DNA of 61,843 nt, taken from the NCBI GenBank assembly GCA_045807245.1, contig JBJMHS010000036.1, positions 64,303 through 126,145 on the forward strand, given 5' to 3'. The notes beneath the pieces are model-generated. The model was not told where the DNA came from and searched no databases. It worked only from the letters and a program-made list of their open reading frames with translations. Origin of the DNA: Actinomycetales bacterium (lineage in GTDB: Bacteria > Actinomycetota > Actinomycetes > Actinomycetales > CAVURS01). The translations under genes and the position numbers were made by a program. Shown one piece after another: positions 48,769 to 58,716 of this stretch. The stretch's first letter is position 1; the number at the start of each line of letters is the position of its first letter.

Positions 48769-50934
48769 GTGAGCGCCTGGACACCTGATCGCGAACCTTC
48801 CGGCGTCGACGGCGGCTCGGTCACCGTCGTCGAGGGCTCGTCGTTCTGCATCTCCACAGCCGGTGGAGATCTCATCGGCAGCGGACCACAGGGACTGTTC
48901 TTTCGAGACACGCGCATCCTGTCCCGCTGGCAGCTGACGGTGGACGGCGAGCAGCCAGAACCGCTGGGCGCGCTGACTCCCGAGCCGTATCGCGCCACCT
49001 TCGTCGGCCGGCTCCCCCGGCGCTCGGGTCGCACGGACACCAACCTGCTGGTCGAGCGGGAGCGCCTCGTGGGCAACGGCATCCGCGAGGACCTGCGGAT
49101 CCGCAATCCCGGGGCTGAGGCCGCTGCCTGCAGGGTGAGCGTGGCGGTGGAGGCCGACTTCGCCGACCTGTTCGAAGTGAAGGACGGGCGCATCCAGGCG
49201 CGCGGTGAGCGGGCCAGCGACGCGTCCGACGGCCGGCTCGTTCTGGAACACTCCTGGCGCGGCAGCCGGCGTGGCGCCGTCGTCGAGGTTCCCGGCGCGA
49301 GCTCTGTGACGGCCGTCAGCCGGACGCAGAGCGCCGGCGTCGTCCAGTACGACGTCGTCGTGCCCCCGCGTGGTGCGTGGTCGGTGTCGCTCGTGGTTCG
49401 GCCAGTCCTCGATGGTGAGGAGATCGAAGCGTCGTTCCCGCTCGACCGACCGCTGAAGGAGTCTCTTCCGGCTCGACGGCTCCAGCAGTGGAACATGACG
49501 ACACCGATCGCCACGACCGGTCACGAAGGGCTGCAGCAGGTACTCCGCCGCAGCCAGCAGGACCTCGGCTCGCTTCGCATCTTTGACAAGGATGATCCCT
49601 CCATGGCGGCGGTCGCGGCCGGCGCGCCATGGTTCATGGCGCTGTTCGGCCGGGACTCGTTGCTGACGGCTGCCATGGCGCTGCCGGTTGACCGCCGCCT
49701 CGCACTGGGTACGTTGCGAACCCTCGCCCGCCATCAGGGCCGGGTCGTCGACCCGGTCACGGAGGAGGAACCCGGGCGGATCCTGCACGAGGTTCGGCTG
49801 GGCGTCGAGTCGGCGCTGTCCTTGGGCGGGGGCAACATCTACTACGGCACGGTGGACGCGACCCCACTGTTCGTCTTCGTACTCGGGGAGCTTGCGCGCT
49901 GGGGCGCCGCACCGGAAGAGGTGCAGGAGCTGCTGCCCCACGCGGACCGCGCTCTCGACTGGATCGACCGGTACGGCGACCGTGACGGTGACGGATTCGT
50001 GGAGTACCAGCGCGCCACTGACCGAGGCCTGCGCAACCAGGGCTGGAAGGACTCCTGGGACGGGGTCACCTTCGCCGACGGGCGCGTCGCCGAGCCGCCG
50101 ATCGCCCTGTGCGAGGTGCAGGGGTATGCGTATCAGGCGTTCCAGGCCCGGGCCGACCTCGCGGGGGACTTCGGGGACGAGGAGACCGCGCAGTACTGGT
50201 CCCAGCGGGCCGATGTGCTCCGCGCCGCGTTCAACGAGCAGTTCTGGCTTCCCGACAAGGGGTACTACGCCCTTGCCCTCGACCGCGACAAGAAGCCGGT
50301 CGACTCCTGCGCCTCCAACATGGGCCATTGCCTGTGGACCGGAATCGTCGACGGCGACAAGGCGGCCGCGGTGGTCGAACACCTCATGTCGCCAGCCATG
50401 TTCACCGGCTGGGGGGTGCGCACACTCAGCGCCGAGATGGGCGCCTATGACCCCGTCAGCTATCACAACGGCTCCGTATGGCCCCACGACAACGCGCTCA
50501 TCGTCGCGGGCCTGGTGCGCTACGGGTTCGTGAAAGAGGCGCAGCAGCTGGCGGAGTCGCTCCTGGACGCGGCGCAGCAGTTCCCGGGCGGCCGGCTGCC
50601 CGAGCTGTTCTGCGGGCTCGCCCGCGACGAGTTCGCGCAACCGGTGGCGTACCCGACGTCGTGCTCTCCGCAGGCCTGGGCCGCCGCGACGCCGATCCAG
50701 CTCATCCGCTCGCTGCTGCGCTTCGAGCCTCGGCTGCCCCGCAGGTCTCTCCGGGTCGCACCCGTACTGCCGCCGTCGTTCATCCCCCTGCTCGTCGACG
50801 GGATCGCCTTGGGCGACGGCCGGATCTGCTTGGAAGTCACCGAACACGGGTCACGAGTGACCGGCCTGCCGCGCGGCGTCGAGGTGCGCCTCGACGACCT
50901 CGATCCCCATGGGGCGCTCAGCGGTCGCGGTTAG
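48769..50934 (+). CDS. Amylo-alpha-1,6-glucosidase / glycogen-debranching-like glycoside hydrolase
   Basis: GLFFRDTR.LS, AGAPWFMALFGRDS, EEPGRILHE, NQGWKDS, SYHNGSVWPHD, RLPELF, PQAWAA. Confidence 0.92.
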   Translation: MSAWTPDREPSGVDGGSVTVVEGSSFCISTAGGDLIGSGPQGLFFRDTRILSRWQLTVDGEQPEPLGALTPEPYRATFVGRLPRRSGRTDTNLLVERERLVGNGIREDLRIRNPGAEAAACRVSVAVEADFADLFEVKDGRIQARGERASDASDGRLVLEHSWRGSRRGAVVEVPGASSVTAVSRTQSAGVVQYDVVVPPRGAWSVSLVVRPVLDGEEIEASFPLDRPLKESLPARRLQQWNMTTPIATTGHEGLQQVLRRSQQDLGSLRIFDKDDPSMAAVAAGAPWFMALFGRDSLLTAAMALPVDRRLALGTLRTLARHQGRVVDPVTEEEPGRILHEVRLGVESALSLGGGNIYYGTVDATPLFVFVLGELARWGAAPEEVQELLPHADRALDWIDRYGDRDGDGFVEYQRATDRGLRNQGWKDSWDGVTFADGRVAEPPIALCEVQGYAYQAFQARADLAGDFGDEETAQYWSQRADVLRAAFNEQFWLPDKGYYALALDRDKKPVDSCASNMGHCLWTGIVDGDKAAAVVEHLMSPAMFTGWGVRTLSAEMGAYDPVSYHNGSVWPHDNALIVAGLVRYGFVKEAQQLAESLLDAAQQFPGGRLPELFCGLARDEFAQPVAYPTSCSPQAWAAATPIQLIRSLLRFEPRLPRRSLRVAPVLPPSFIPLLVDGIALGDGRICLEVTEHGSRVTGLPRGVEVRLDDLDPHGALSGRG

Positions 50935-51989
50935 CAGGCTCTCGAGTGCGGTCCGGCCGGCTCGGCGAGGTCGCCGGACAGGGCCCGCTCGTAGAGCCGC
51001 ACGTGGTCGCCGACCATGCGCTCGGTGCTGAATCGCTGCTCGGCCTCGACCCGGCACCGCTCGCGATCGAGCGAGGCTGCCTCGAGCAGAGCCGATGCCA
51101 GCGCCGCCGAATCCCGGCGCAGGTAACCCGTCACGCCGTCCTGAATGATCTCGGGCGCTGACCCGGCGGGGGTGGCGACGACCGGCGTCCCGGTGGCCAG
51201 CGCTTCGATCATGACCAGGCCGAACGGCTCCGGCCACTGGATGGGGTTCAGGAGCGCGAAGGAGCCACCGAGCAGCTCCACCTTCTCCTCCTCGCCGAGC
51301 TCACCGACGTACTCGACGTCCTGGCCCAGCATCGGCTTGACGGCTGCCTCGAAGTACTCCACCTCCGCGGGCTCGCGCAGCTTGGCGGCCATCCGCAGCG
51401 GTACGCCGGCTTCACGGGCGATGATGGCTGCCTCCCGGGGACCCTTGTCGGCGGACATCCGCCCGAGGAAGCAGGCATAGCCTCCGTCACCGGCTCCCAC
51501 TGGGAAGTTGGCCAAGTCCAGGCCATGGTGGATCACGGCAGCGATCGGGATGCCCTCTGCCGTGGAGGCCTGGTGGCGCGAGATCGCAATGATGGGCACG
51601 TCGGGCATGGCGCGATACAGGGATGAGAGCCGATCGTCGAACGGCCCATGGTTGGTCGTGACCACGTGTTCGTGCCGCGGCGGTCGGCGCAACAGCGGGC
51701 CGATGTTCGTGTGGTCGTGCACGATATCCATGTCGCCCATCGCGGCATAGCTCGTGAGCACGTGCCGCGCCTCACCCACGGCCTCGGTCTGAACGGCGGC
51801 GTCCTCGGGTGCTTCGTCGGTCCCCGGGACCCGGGCCACCGGGCAGGTGCTGTTGGCGGCGGCCGCAAGCAACACGTCGTGACCCGCGGCCTGCAGCCCG
51901 CGGGTCAGCCGGTCGATCACCGACTCGGTGCCGCCGTACGCCGGCGGTGGGACGGGCACCCACGGCGGGGCGATCAGTCCGATGCGCAT
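50931..51989 (-). CDS. GT4 glycosyltransferase
   Basis: MRIGLIAPPWVPVPPPAYGGTE, GRMSADKG, WPEPFGLVMIEA. Confidence 0.93.
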   Translation of the reverse strand: MRIGLIAPPWVPVPPPAYGGTESVIDRLTRGLQAAGHDVLLAAAANSTCPVARVPGTDEAPEDAAVQTEAVGEARHVLTSYAAMGDMDIVHDHTNIGPLLRRPPRHEHVVTTNHGPFDDRLSSLYRAMPDVPIIAISRHQASTAEGIPIAAVIHHGLDLANFPVGAGDGGYACFLGRMSADKGPREAAIIAREAGVPLRMAAKLREPAEVEYFEAAVKPMLGQDVEYVGELGEEEKVELLGGSFALLNPIQWPEPFGLVMIEALATGTPVVATPAGSAPEIIQDGVTGYLRRDSAALASALLEAASLDRERCRVEAEQRFSTERMVGDHVRLYERALSGDLAEPAGPHSRAC

Positions 51990-52157
51990 GCGGACCTCGG
52001 GCCAGGGAGGAGATTTGCCTTGGGCTCAAGCCGTCCCGACTATATGACGGCCGGGCGTCCCTTTCATGTGTAGCAGATATCCGGGGCTCTCATGAGCGCC
52101 ATCTTTTGGATCTATGGTGACGTCGCTCAGATCGAAGACGATGGAAGAGCTGATGAC

Positions 52158-54317
52158 GTGAACGACCTGACGACCAGCGCGTTCGACCTTCCGGAGCACC
52201 TCACTCATAAGGCCGACCCGGCCCTCATCAGCGGCGACGAGCAGCATTTCCGAGCCATCGCGGAGAGCCTCGAACGGTCGATCACCGAGCTGTCCGACCG
52301 CCTGGACACCGAGCTCCGGCGGGCCGGCGGGGAAGGGCAAGCGGCCATGGATCGTGACCTCGAGGTGCACCGGCTGGCCGGACGCCTGCGCGCCCTGCGC
52401 CGCTTCGGTCTGGACCTGTGCCTCGGCCACATGGTCCGCGCAGATGGCTCGGACAACGGAGAGCCGGTCTACGTCGGGCGGCTCGGCCTCACTGACGCCT
52501 CGGGCCGGCGCTTGCTGATCGACTGGCGTTCCCCCGCGGCCGAGCCGTTCTTCGGTGCGACCCACGCGAACCCGATGGGCCTGGCCAGCCGACGCCGATA
52601 CCGCTGGACCCGCGGCCGGGTCAGCGACTACTGGGACGAGGTGTTCACGCCCGACGGGTTCGCCGGGCACGCCGCGGCGCTCGACGACCAGTCCGCCTTC
52701 ATCGCCAGCCTCGGGAGCAGCCGGTCCCCTCGCATGCGCGACGTGCTCGGCACGATCCAGGCCGACCAGGACGCCATCATCCGGGCCGGCTCCAGCGGTG
52801 CTCTCGTGGTGGACGGCGGTCCCGGCACCGGCAAGACGGTGGTCGCACTGCACCGCTCGGCGTACCTCCTGTACGCCGATCCGCGCCTCGGTCACCGTCG
52901 CGGGGGTGTGCTGGTCGTCGGTCCACACCAGCCCTATCTGGCGTACGTCGCGGACGTCCTGCCCAGCCTGGGCGAGGAGGGCGTGCAGACGTGCACGCTG
53001 CGGGACCTCGTCCCCGAAGGAAACACCGTAGATGGTGAGCCCGATCCGCAGGTGGCGCACCTGAAGTCGTCCGTCGCGATGGTGCACGCGATCGAGACGG
53101 CGGTCAGGTTCTACGAAGCACTGCCCACCAAAGGGATGACGATCACGACACCGTGGTCCGACGTCCGGCTCAACGCCGCCGAATGGGCCGAGGCCTTCGA
53201 CGCCGCTGACCCCGGCACGCCGCACAACGAGGCGCGCGAACAGATCTAGGACGAGCTGCTGACGATCCTGGTCGACAAGCATGACGGCGACGCTCCGGAC
53301 GCCCTGCTGCGCAAGTCTCTGCTGCAGAACCGCGAGCTGCTCAGCGCCTTCAACGCGACCTGGCCCCTGCTCGAAGGGACCGACCTCGTCGCAGACCTGT
53401 GGTCGGTGCCGGCCTACCTTCGCAAGTGCGCTCCCTGGCTCAGCCCCGACGAGGTCCGGTCGCTGCAGCGCGAGGATCCGCAGGCCTGGACCGTCTCCGA
53501 CCTGCCACTGCTTGACGCGGCGCGCATGCGGGTCGGCGACCCGGAAGCCTCACTGCGGCAACGGCGCCAGGCCGCCGCCCGTGCCGCTGCCCGCGAGGAG
53601 ATGAACCGGGTGATCGAGCACCTCATCGCGTCGGACGACTCCGAGATGCAGGTGATGTCGATGCTGCGGGGGCACGACCTGCAGGACTCCCTGGTCGACA
53701 CCTCCGGCTTGTCCGGTCTTGACCCGGACCGGCTCGCCGGCCCGTTCGCGCACATCGTCGTCGACGAGGCTCAAGAGCTGACCGACGCCGAGTGGCAGAT
53801 GCTCCTGCTGCGGTGCCCGTCCCGCAGCTTCACTGTCGTCGGTGACCGGGCTCAAGCCCGGCACGGGTTCACCGAGTCGTGGGAGGAACGGCTGACCCGC
53901 ATCGGGCTCGACCGCGTGAGCCTGGCCTCGCTGAGCATCAACTACCGGACGCCGGAGGAGGTCATGATCGAGGCCGAGCCGGTCATCCGAGCCGTCCTGC
54001 CGGACGCCAACGTCCCGACATCCATCCGCAGTGGCGGCATCCCCGTCGTCCATGGACCGGTCTCGGACCTGACGACGATCCTCGACACCTGGCTCGCCGC
54101 GCACGCCGACGGAGTTGCTTGTGTCATCGGCGATCCCACGTTCCAGGCGACGTCCCGGGTCCGTTCGCTGGCTCCCGAGCTGTCGAAGGGGCTCGAGTTC
54201 GACCTCGTCGTCCTGGTCGACCCGGAAGCGTTCGGCGAGGGCATCGAAGGTGCGGTCGACCGCTACGTCGCGATGACCCGGGCCACCCAGCAGCTGGTCA
54301 TCCTCACGAGCGAGTGA
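52158..54317 (+). pseudogene. helR: HelR (HelD-like RNA polymerase recycling ATPase) interrupted by an in-frame TAG at 53247-53249
   Basis: TTSAFDLP..KADP N-terminus, DWRSP, GGPGTGKT, VDEAQE, GDRAQ, NYRTP, KGLEFD, YVAMTRA; both halves in one frame. Confidence 0.88.
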
Positions 54318-54855
54318 CCTGGAGTGCCTTCTCGTGGACTTCGAGATCGCACGGCGTGGCGAGCAACGGCTTCAGGTGTGGAAAGGCGACGTCCATCGGC
54401 CGGCTCGCAACCAGCCGGTAGCCGCGCCGGCCGTACCAGCCCCGGAGGAGCTCCTTGCTCGGGTGTGACCAGGTGCGCGGAACGAGCAGCTCGAGCTGCA
54501 TCACGCGCAGTCCCCTGTGGCAACAGTCGGTCTCGGCGAAGTCGACCAACGCCCGGCCCACGCCGGTGCCGCGCACCTGCGGAGAGGCGGCCAAGATGCC
54601 GAACTCCCCGCGGTCCTCACCGACGTCGTGCCACCGGATGCTCCCGACGACCTGTCCTTCGCGGGTCGCCACCGCGATCTCTCCAGCCCGCACCATGTCG
54701 GCCATCTCCTCGGCTGTCGTGCGGAGGAAGCCGTCACGCCACAGACCACGCTCAGCCTGTGCATACACCCCGTTGACGAGCTGGGTCAGTCGACTGACGA
54801 GCTCATCGTCCTCGGCACTCGGCGGTGTGAGCCGCCGCACCGCTGTCGCCGTCAC
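54304..54855 (-). CDS. GNAT N-acetyltransferase
   Basis: VYAQAERGLW, RGTGVGRALV, LELLVP, WYGRRGY; start approximate. Confidence 0.85.
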   Translation of the reverse strand: MTATAVRRLTPPSAEDDELVSRLTQLVNGVYAQAERGLWRDGFLRTTAEEMADMVRAGEIAVATREGQVVGSIRWHDVGEDRGEFGILAASPQVRGTGVGRALVDFAETDCCHRGLRVMQLELLVPRTWSHPSKELLRGWYGRRGYRLVASRPMDVAFPHLKPLLATPCDLEVHEKALQVTRS

Positions 54856-54924
54856 GACCCACACGATGCCGTGCCAAAGCGGTGAGCGACACATCGAGTC
54901 GACCAACGCACACGTGAGCCGAGG

Positions 54925-57264
54925 TCACCCCGGGGCCTGTTGGCGAGCAGCGGAGATGGTCGACGGGCCGGTGCCCTGGTAGGCGTCGAGCAGGCGGTTG
55001 CGGAAGGTGTCCATCGGCCACACGGGAGCCTGTCGGCTCGGGTGGAGACCCGGCTCCCAGGACCAGCCAGCGATCTTGTCGAACACGGTCGGGTCGTGCG
55101 CGACGATCGAGATCGGTACCTCGTGGGTCGCCCCGACACCGCTGACCTTGGGCGCAGGCTGGTGGTCACCGAGGAGGATCAGCACCAGGTTGGGGTCGTG
55201 CGCGTTCTGCACGAACGACACCAGTGACTGGACCGAGTACTGGATCGACCGGCCGTACGCCGTTCGGACGTTGTCGTAGTTCGTGTAGAGGGAGGGCACC
55301 GACGGCCCCTGCGCGGGCATCGGGTCGTAGATCGAGCCATCGCCGATGGAGTCCCATGGGAGGATCCGCGGCAACGGCGTCCAGGGATAGTGCGACGAGA
55401 CGAGGTCGAGCTCGGCCATCACTGGCGCGTGGCCCGGTGTGAGCTCGCGATCACGAAAAGCCTTGAGCGAGAACTGGTCCGGCATCGTCGCGTAGCTGAA
55501 CCGCGGCCCTTCGTACCCGACGTTCGTCGCGTTGTACAGCTGGTCGAAATGGTAGAAGGACGTGCCCTCGGGCCACGGGCCGTCGTCGGCCGGCGCGACG
55601 CTGACCGTGCGCCAGCCGGCCTTCTTGAAGGCGTCGCTCAACGTGAACCGGCTGCTGTCGACCAGCTGCCCGTACCGTTGCTGGTTGTCGATCCACAGTC
55701 CGGACTGCAACGTCGAGTGGGCCAGCCAGCTCAACCCGCCGAAGGTGGGCGAGGTCAGGAACGCCGACCGGGCGGAGAAGCCGGCGGCGGTCAGCTGGCG
55801 GGTGCCCGCGTCGAGGACCGAGACGACGCCGGGCGCGTACGCCGAGTCCTGTACGGCGCGCTGGCCATAGCTCTCGACGAAGGCGACGATCACGTCCTTG
55901 CCCTTCAGGCCGGCCAGGAGGTCACCTGCGGGCCGCTCGGCGTACGAGTCGGCCGCGCGCAGCTGGTCGGGGAACTCGCGCCGGTCACGGGCGGCCGCCG
56001 CGATGTTGCGAACCTCGGTGGCGGCGAACTGCGTCGTCGTGCCCGATGCGACTGCGGTCTGCGGTGCGACGTCGAGGCCCAGCACCGCGCCGGCCGTCCA
56101 GACCAGGGCCAGCGCCCCCACGACCATTGCCGAGAGGCGCCGATGCCCGGCGCTGACCCGTGACACGCGCAGAGCGGCCCAGGCGAGGAGCCCGACGACC
56201 GCTATCGCGAGCAGGACCGCCACACCGACGGCGAGATACGCCCACACCGAGCCGACCGAGTCGCGCAGCACGCCGACGGCGGGGCCCAGGCTGCTCCACT
56301 CGATGACCGGGTTGAACGCGCGGTCGAGCTGGGAGTAGTAGCCCATGTCCAGCAGCTTGAGCAGCACCAGGACACCCAGCAGGCCGCCCGCGGTCGTCGA
56401 CAGGGCACGTCGTGGACCGGCCGGCAGCAGTAGCGCGGCGGCGGCCAGAACCAGACCCTCGGCCGGCACCGGCACGAACGTGCTCACCGAGAGGCGGGTC
56501 AGCTGGTCCGGCAAGGCAAGCGCGGCCCACACCAGGACCACGGCAGCGACCGACAGGATCCGGCTCATCGCGACCCGCTCGCGCAGACCGGCCAGCACGG
56601 CCACCTGGTTCAGGAACGACTCAGCGAGCAGGCCCAGCGCGGCCGTCATCACCAGGACGGCGACGACGTGCGGCAGCAGACCCGAGGCCACCACCGTCAA
56701 CGTGACCCCCTGCGTGGCCGCGACCACCTTGGCCCAGTAGCGCGGCGGGGTCGGCCGGCGCAGCCAGGGCCACAGGCTTCCGGCAGCCAGCAACAGGTAC
56801 CGCGCCAGGCCGATCAGCAGGACCCACCCGCCGAGGCTGCGCGCGACGTACGCACTGAGCAACAGGATCAGGAGCGCGTCGACCTCCATGTCGAACCGCG
56901 CGCCCAGCGCAGACGCTGTGCGAGTCCTGCGGGCCACCTGTCCGTCGACGGCGTCGAGGGCGAGCGCGACCGCCGCCAGCCCGACGAGCGGTCCGAGGTG
57001 CGGCTGCCCCGCGAACGCGTCGGCGACAAGGGCGGCCACCCCGCCCACGAGGGCCGCGCGAGCCAGCGTCACATAGTCCGCCGGCCGTGGGGCGGTGGCG
57101 CCGGACCGGGCCAGCGCCCACCCGTACAGCCCGAACACCGCCAGGTCGGCCGCCGCCCCGGCGGCCCATCCGGCGGAGCGGAGTCCGACGACGCCACCGA
57201 GCACGGCCAGCACGGAGACAGCCCCGGCCAGTCCTAGGGCCAGACGCGTGCGAACGGATGTCAC
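54925..57264 (-). CDS. Fusion: CDP-alcohol phosphatidyltransferase + membrane-anchored sulfatase/LtaS-like (alkaline phosphatase superfamily) domain
   Basis: DAVDGQVARR..ALGARFDMEVD; many TM helices; FVESYG, SPTFGGLSWLAH, SSHYPW, GDHQP; GGAGG RBS. Confidence 0.85.
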   Translation of the reverse strand: MTSVRTRLALGLAGAVSVLAVLGGVVGLRSAGWAAGAAADLAVFGLYGWALARSGATAPRPADYVTLARAALVGGVAALVADAFAGQPHLGPLVGLAAVALALDAVDGQVARRTRTASALGARFDMEVDALLILLLSAYVARSLGGWVLLIGLARYLLLAAGSLWPWLRRPTPPRYWAKVVAATQGVTLTVVASGLLPHVVAVLVMTAALGLLAESFLNQVAVLAGLRERVAMSRILSVAAVVLVWAALALPDQLTRLSVSTFVPVPAEGLVLAAAALLLPAGPRRALSTTAGGLLGVLVLLKLLDMGYYSQLDRAFNPVIEWSSLGPAVGVLRDSVGSVWAYLAVGVAVLLAIAVVGLLAWAALRVSRVSAGHRRLSAMVVGALALVWTAGAVLGLDVAPQTAVASGTTTQFAATEVRNIAAAARDRREFPDQLRAADSYAERPAGDLLAGLKGKDVIVAFVESYGQRAVQDSAYAPGVVSVLDAGTRQLTAAGFSARSAFLTSPTFGGLSWLAHSTLQSGLWIDNQQRYGQLVDSSRFTLSDAFKKAGWRTVSVAPADDGPWPEGTSFYHFDQLYNATNVGYEGPRFSYATMPDQFSLKAFRDRELTPGHAPVMAELDLVSSHYPWTPLPRILPWDSIGDGSIYDPMPAQGPSVPSLYTNYDNVRTAYGRSIQYSVQSLVSFVQNAHDPNLVLILLGDHQPAPKVSGVGATHEVPISIVAHDPTVFDKIAGWSWEPGLHPSRQAPVWPMDTFRNRLLDAYQGTGPSTISAARQQAPG

Positions 57265-57338
57265 CGTGCCTCCGTAGATGGGTATACACACTGATTACGC
57301 CTGTCCGCGACCAGCGGTTCACATGGGAGGGTCTGACC

Positions 57339-58313
57339 GTGCCGGCCATCGCTCGTGCCTTCTGGGTCCGCAGCCCCGGAGAGGGCGAGATCCGGACGGC
57401 CGAGCTGAGTGACCCCGGCCCGGACGACGTCCTCGTGCACACGACCTGGTCGGGCATCAGCCGAGGCACGGAGGCTCTGGTGTTCCGGGGTGGCGTGCCC
57501 GAGAGCCAGCACCAGACGATGCGCGCGCCGTACCAGGAGGGTGACTTCCCCGGCCCGGTGAAGTACGGCTACCTCAACGTCGGTGTCGTCGAGTCGGGCC
57601 CGGCTGAGCTGACCGGCCGCACCGTCTTCTGCCTCTACCCGCACCAGACCCAGTACGTCGTGGCCGCCTCAGCCGTGCTGCCCGTGCCGGACGGCGTCCC
57701 AGCCCGCCGCGCCGTCCTGGCCGGCACGGTGGAGACGGCGGTGAACGCGATCTGGGACGCCGCGCCCATGCCCGGGGACCGGGTCGGTGTCGTCGGTGCC
57801 GGGATGGTCGGCGCGGGCGTGGCCCGCCTGCTCGCCGGGATCGTGGGCGTCCAGGTCACCGTCGTCGACCCGAACCCGGACCGGGCCGCGCTCGCGGCGG
57901 CGATGGGTACGGCGTTCGCACACCCGTCCGACGCGCCGCGCGACCTCGACCTGGTGATCCACACGAGCGGCACGAGCGACGGCCTGCAGGGCTCGCTCGA
58001 CCTGCTGGCCGCCGACGGCACCGTCGTCGACCTCAGCTGGTACGGCGACCAACCGGTCACGCTCTCGCTCGGCGGTGCGTTCCACGACCGGCGGCTGGCC
58101 ATCCGGTCCAGCCAGGTGGGCGCGGTCGCCCCGGCGCGCCGGAACCGGCGTACGACGAGGGACCGGCTCGCCCTCGCCCTCGAGCTGCTGCGCGATCCCG
58201 CCTTCGACCACCTGCTGTCCGGCTCGTCGGCCTTCGCCGATCTGCCCGACACCATGGCGCGCGTCGTCGGGTCGGACGAGCTGTGCCACACGATCAGCTA
58301 TGCGGGAGAGTGA
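57339..58313 (+). CDS. MDR-family dehydrogenase lacking Zn-binding Cys
   Basis: [40 protein letters not shown]. Confidence 0.88.
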   Translation: MPAIARAFWVRSPGEGEIRTAELSDPGPDDVLVHTTWSGISRGTEALVFRGGVPESQHQTMRAPYQEGDFPGPVKYGYLNVGVVESGPAELTGRTVFCLYPHQTQYVVAASAVLPVPDGVPARRAVLAGTVETAVNAIWDAAPMPGDRVGVVGAGMVGAGVARLLAGIVGVQVTVVDPNPDRAALAAAMGTAFAHPSDAPRDLDLVIHTSGTSDGLQGSLDLLAADGTVVDLSWYGDQPVTLSLGGAFHDRRLAIRSSQVGAVAPARRNRRTTRDRLALALELLRDPAFDHLLSGSSAFADLPDTMARVVGSDELCHTISYAGE

Positions 58314-58317
58314 GCCG

Positions 58318-58716
58318 ATGTTCAGCGTGACGGTCCGCGAGTCCGTGATGATCGCCCACAGCCTGCAGGGCGAGGTCTTCGGCCCGGCGCAACGTCTGCA
58401 CGGCGCGACGTACCTCGTCGACGCGACGTTCGCCCGTGAGGGCCTGGACCCCAACGGCATTGTGGTCGACATCGGCCGAGCCACCGAAGGGCTGCGCGCC
58501 ATCGTGTCCGAGCTCAACTACCGGAACCTCGACGAGGAGCCGGGCTTCGCCGGCGTCAACACGACGACCGAGATGTTGGCCCGGTTCGTCGCCGACCGCC
58601 TTGCCGACGCCGTCCACTCGGGCGCGCTCGGCGACGACGCGCGTGAGCTGGCCGGCATCACGGTCACCTTGCACGAGTCGCACGTGGCCTGGGCGTCGTA
58701 CCAGCGCATTTTGTGA
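58318..58716 (+). CDS. COG0720 6-pyruvoyl-tetrahydropterin-synthase homolog, PTPS-IV type
   Basis: [29 protein letters not shown]; no catalytic Cys of QueD/PTPS-II. Confidence 0.88.
   Translation: MFSVTVRESVMIAHSLQGEVFGPAQRLHGATYLVDATFAREGLDPNGIVVDIGRATEGLRAIVSELNYRNLDEEPGFAGVNTTTEMLARFVADRLADAVHSGALGDDARELAGITVTLHESHVAWASYQRIL

Noticed and set aside
48642..52030. TGGGCTCAAG near 48645 and 52021 as a shared operator or sigma-28 -35
   Set aside because: No GCCGA -10 at the right spacing, and orientation is inconsistent relative to the genes.
53247..53320. Pyrrolysine or amber recoding in helR
   Set aside because: No pyl genes or tRNA in view; TAG ends many other genes; a TGG>TAG change explains it.
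58318..58716. queD for queuosine or 7-deazaguanine DNA modification
   Set aside because: Lacks the CxxxHGH motif, and there are no queC/queE/folE/tgt/dpd neighbours; FGPAQ fits PTPS-IV.
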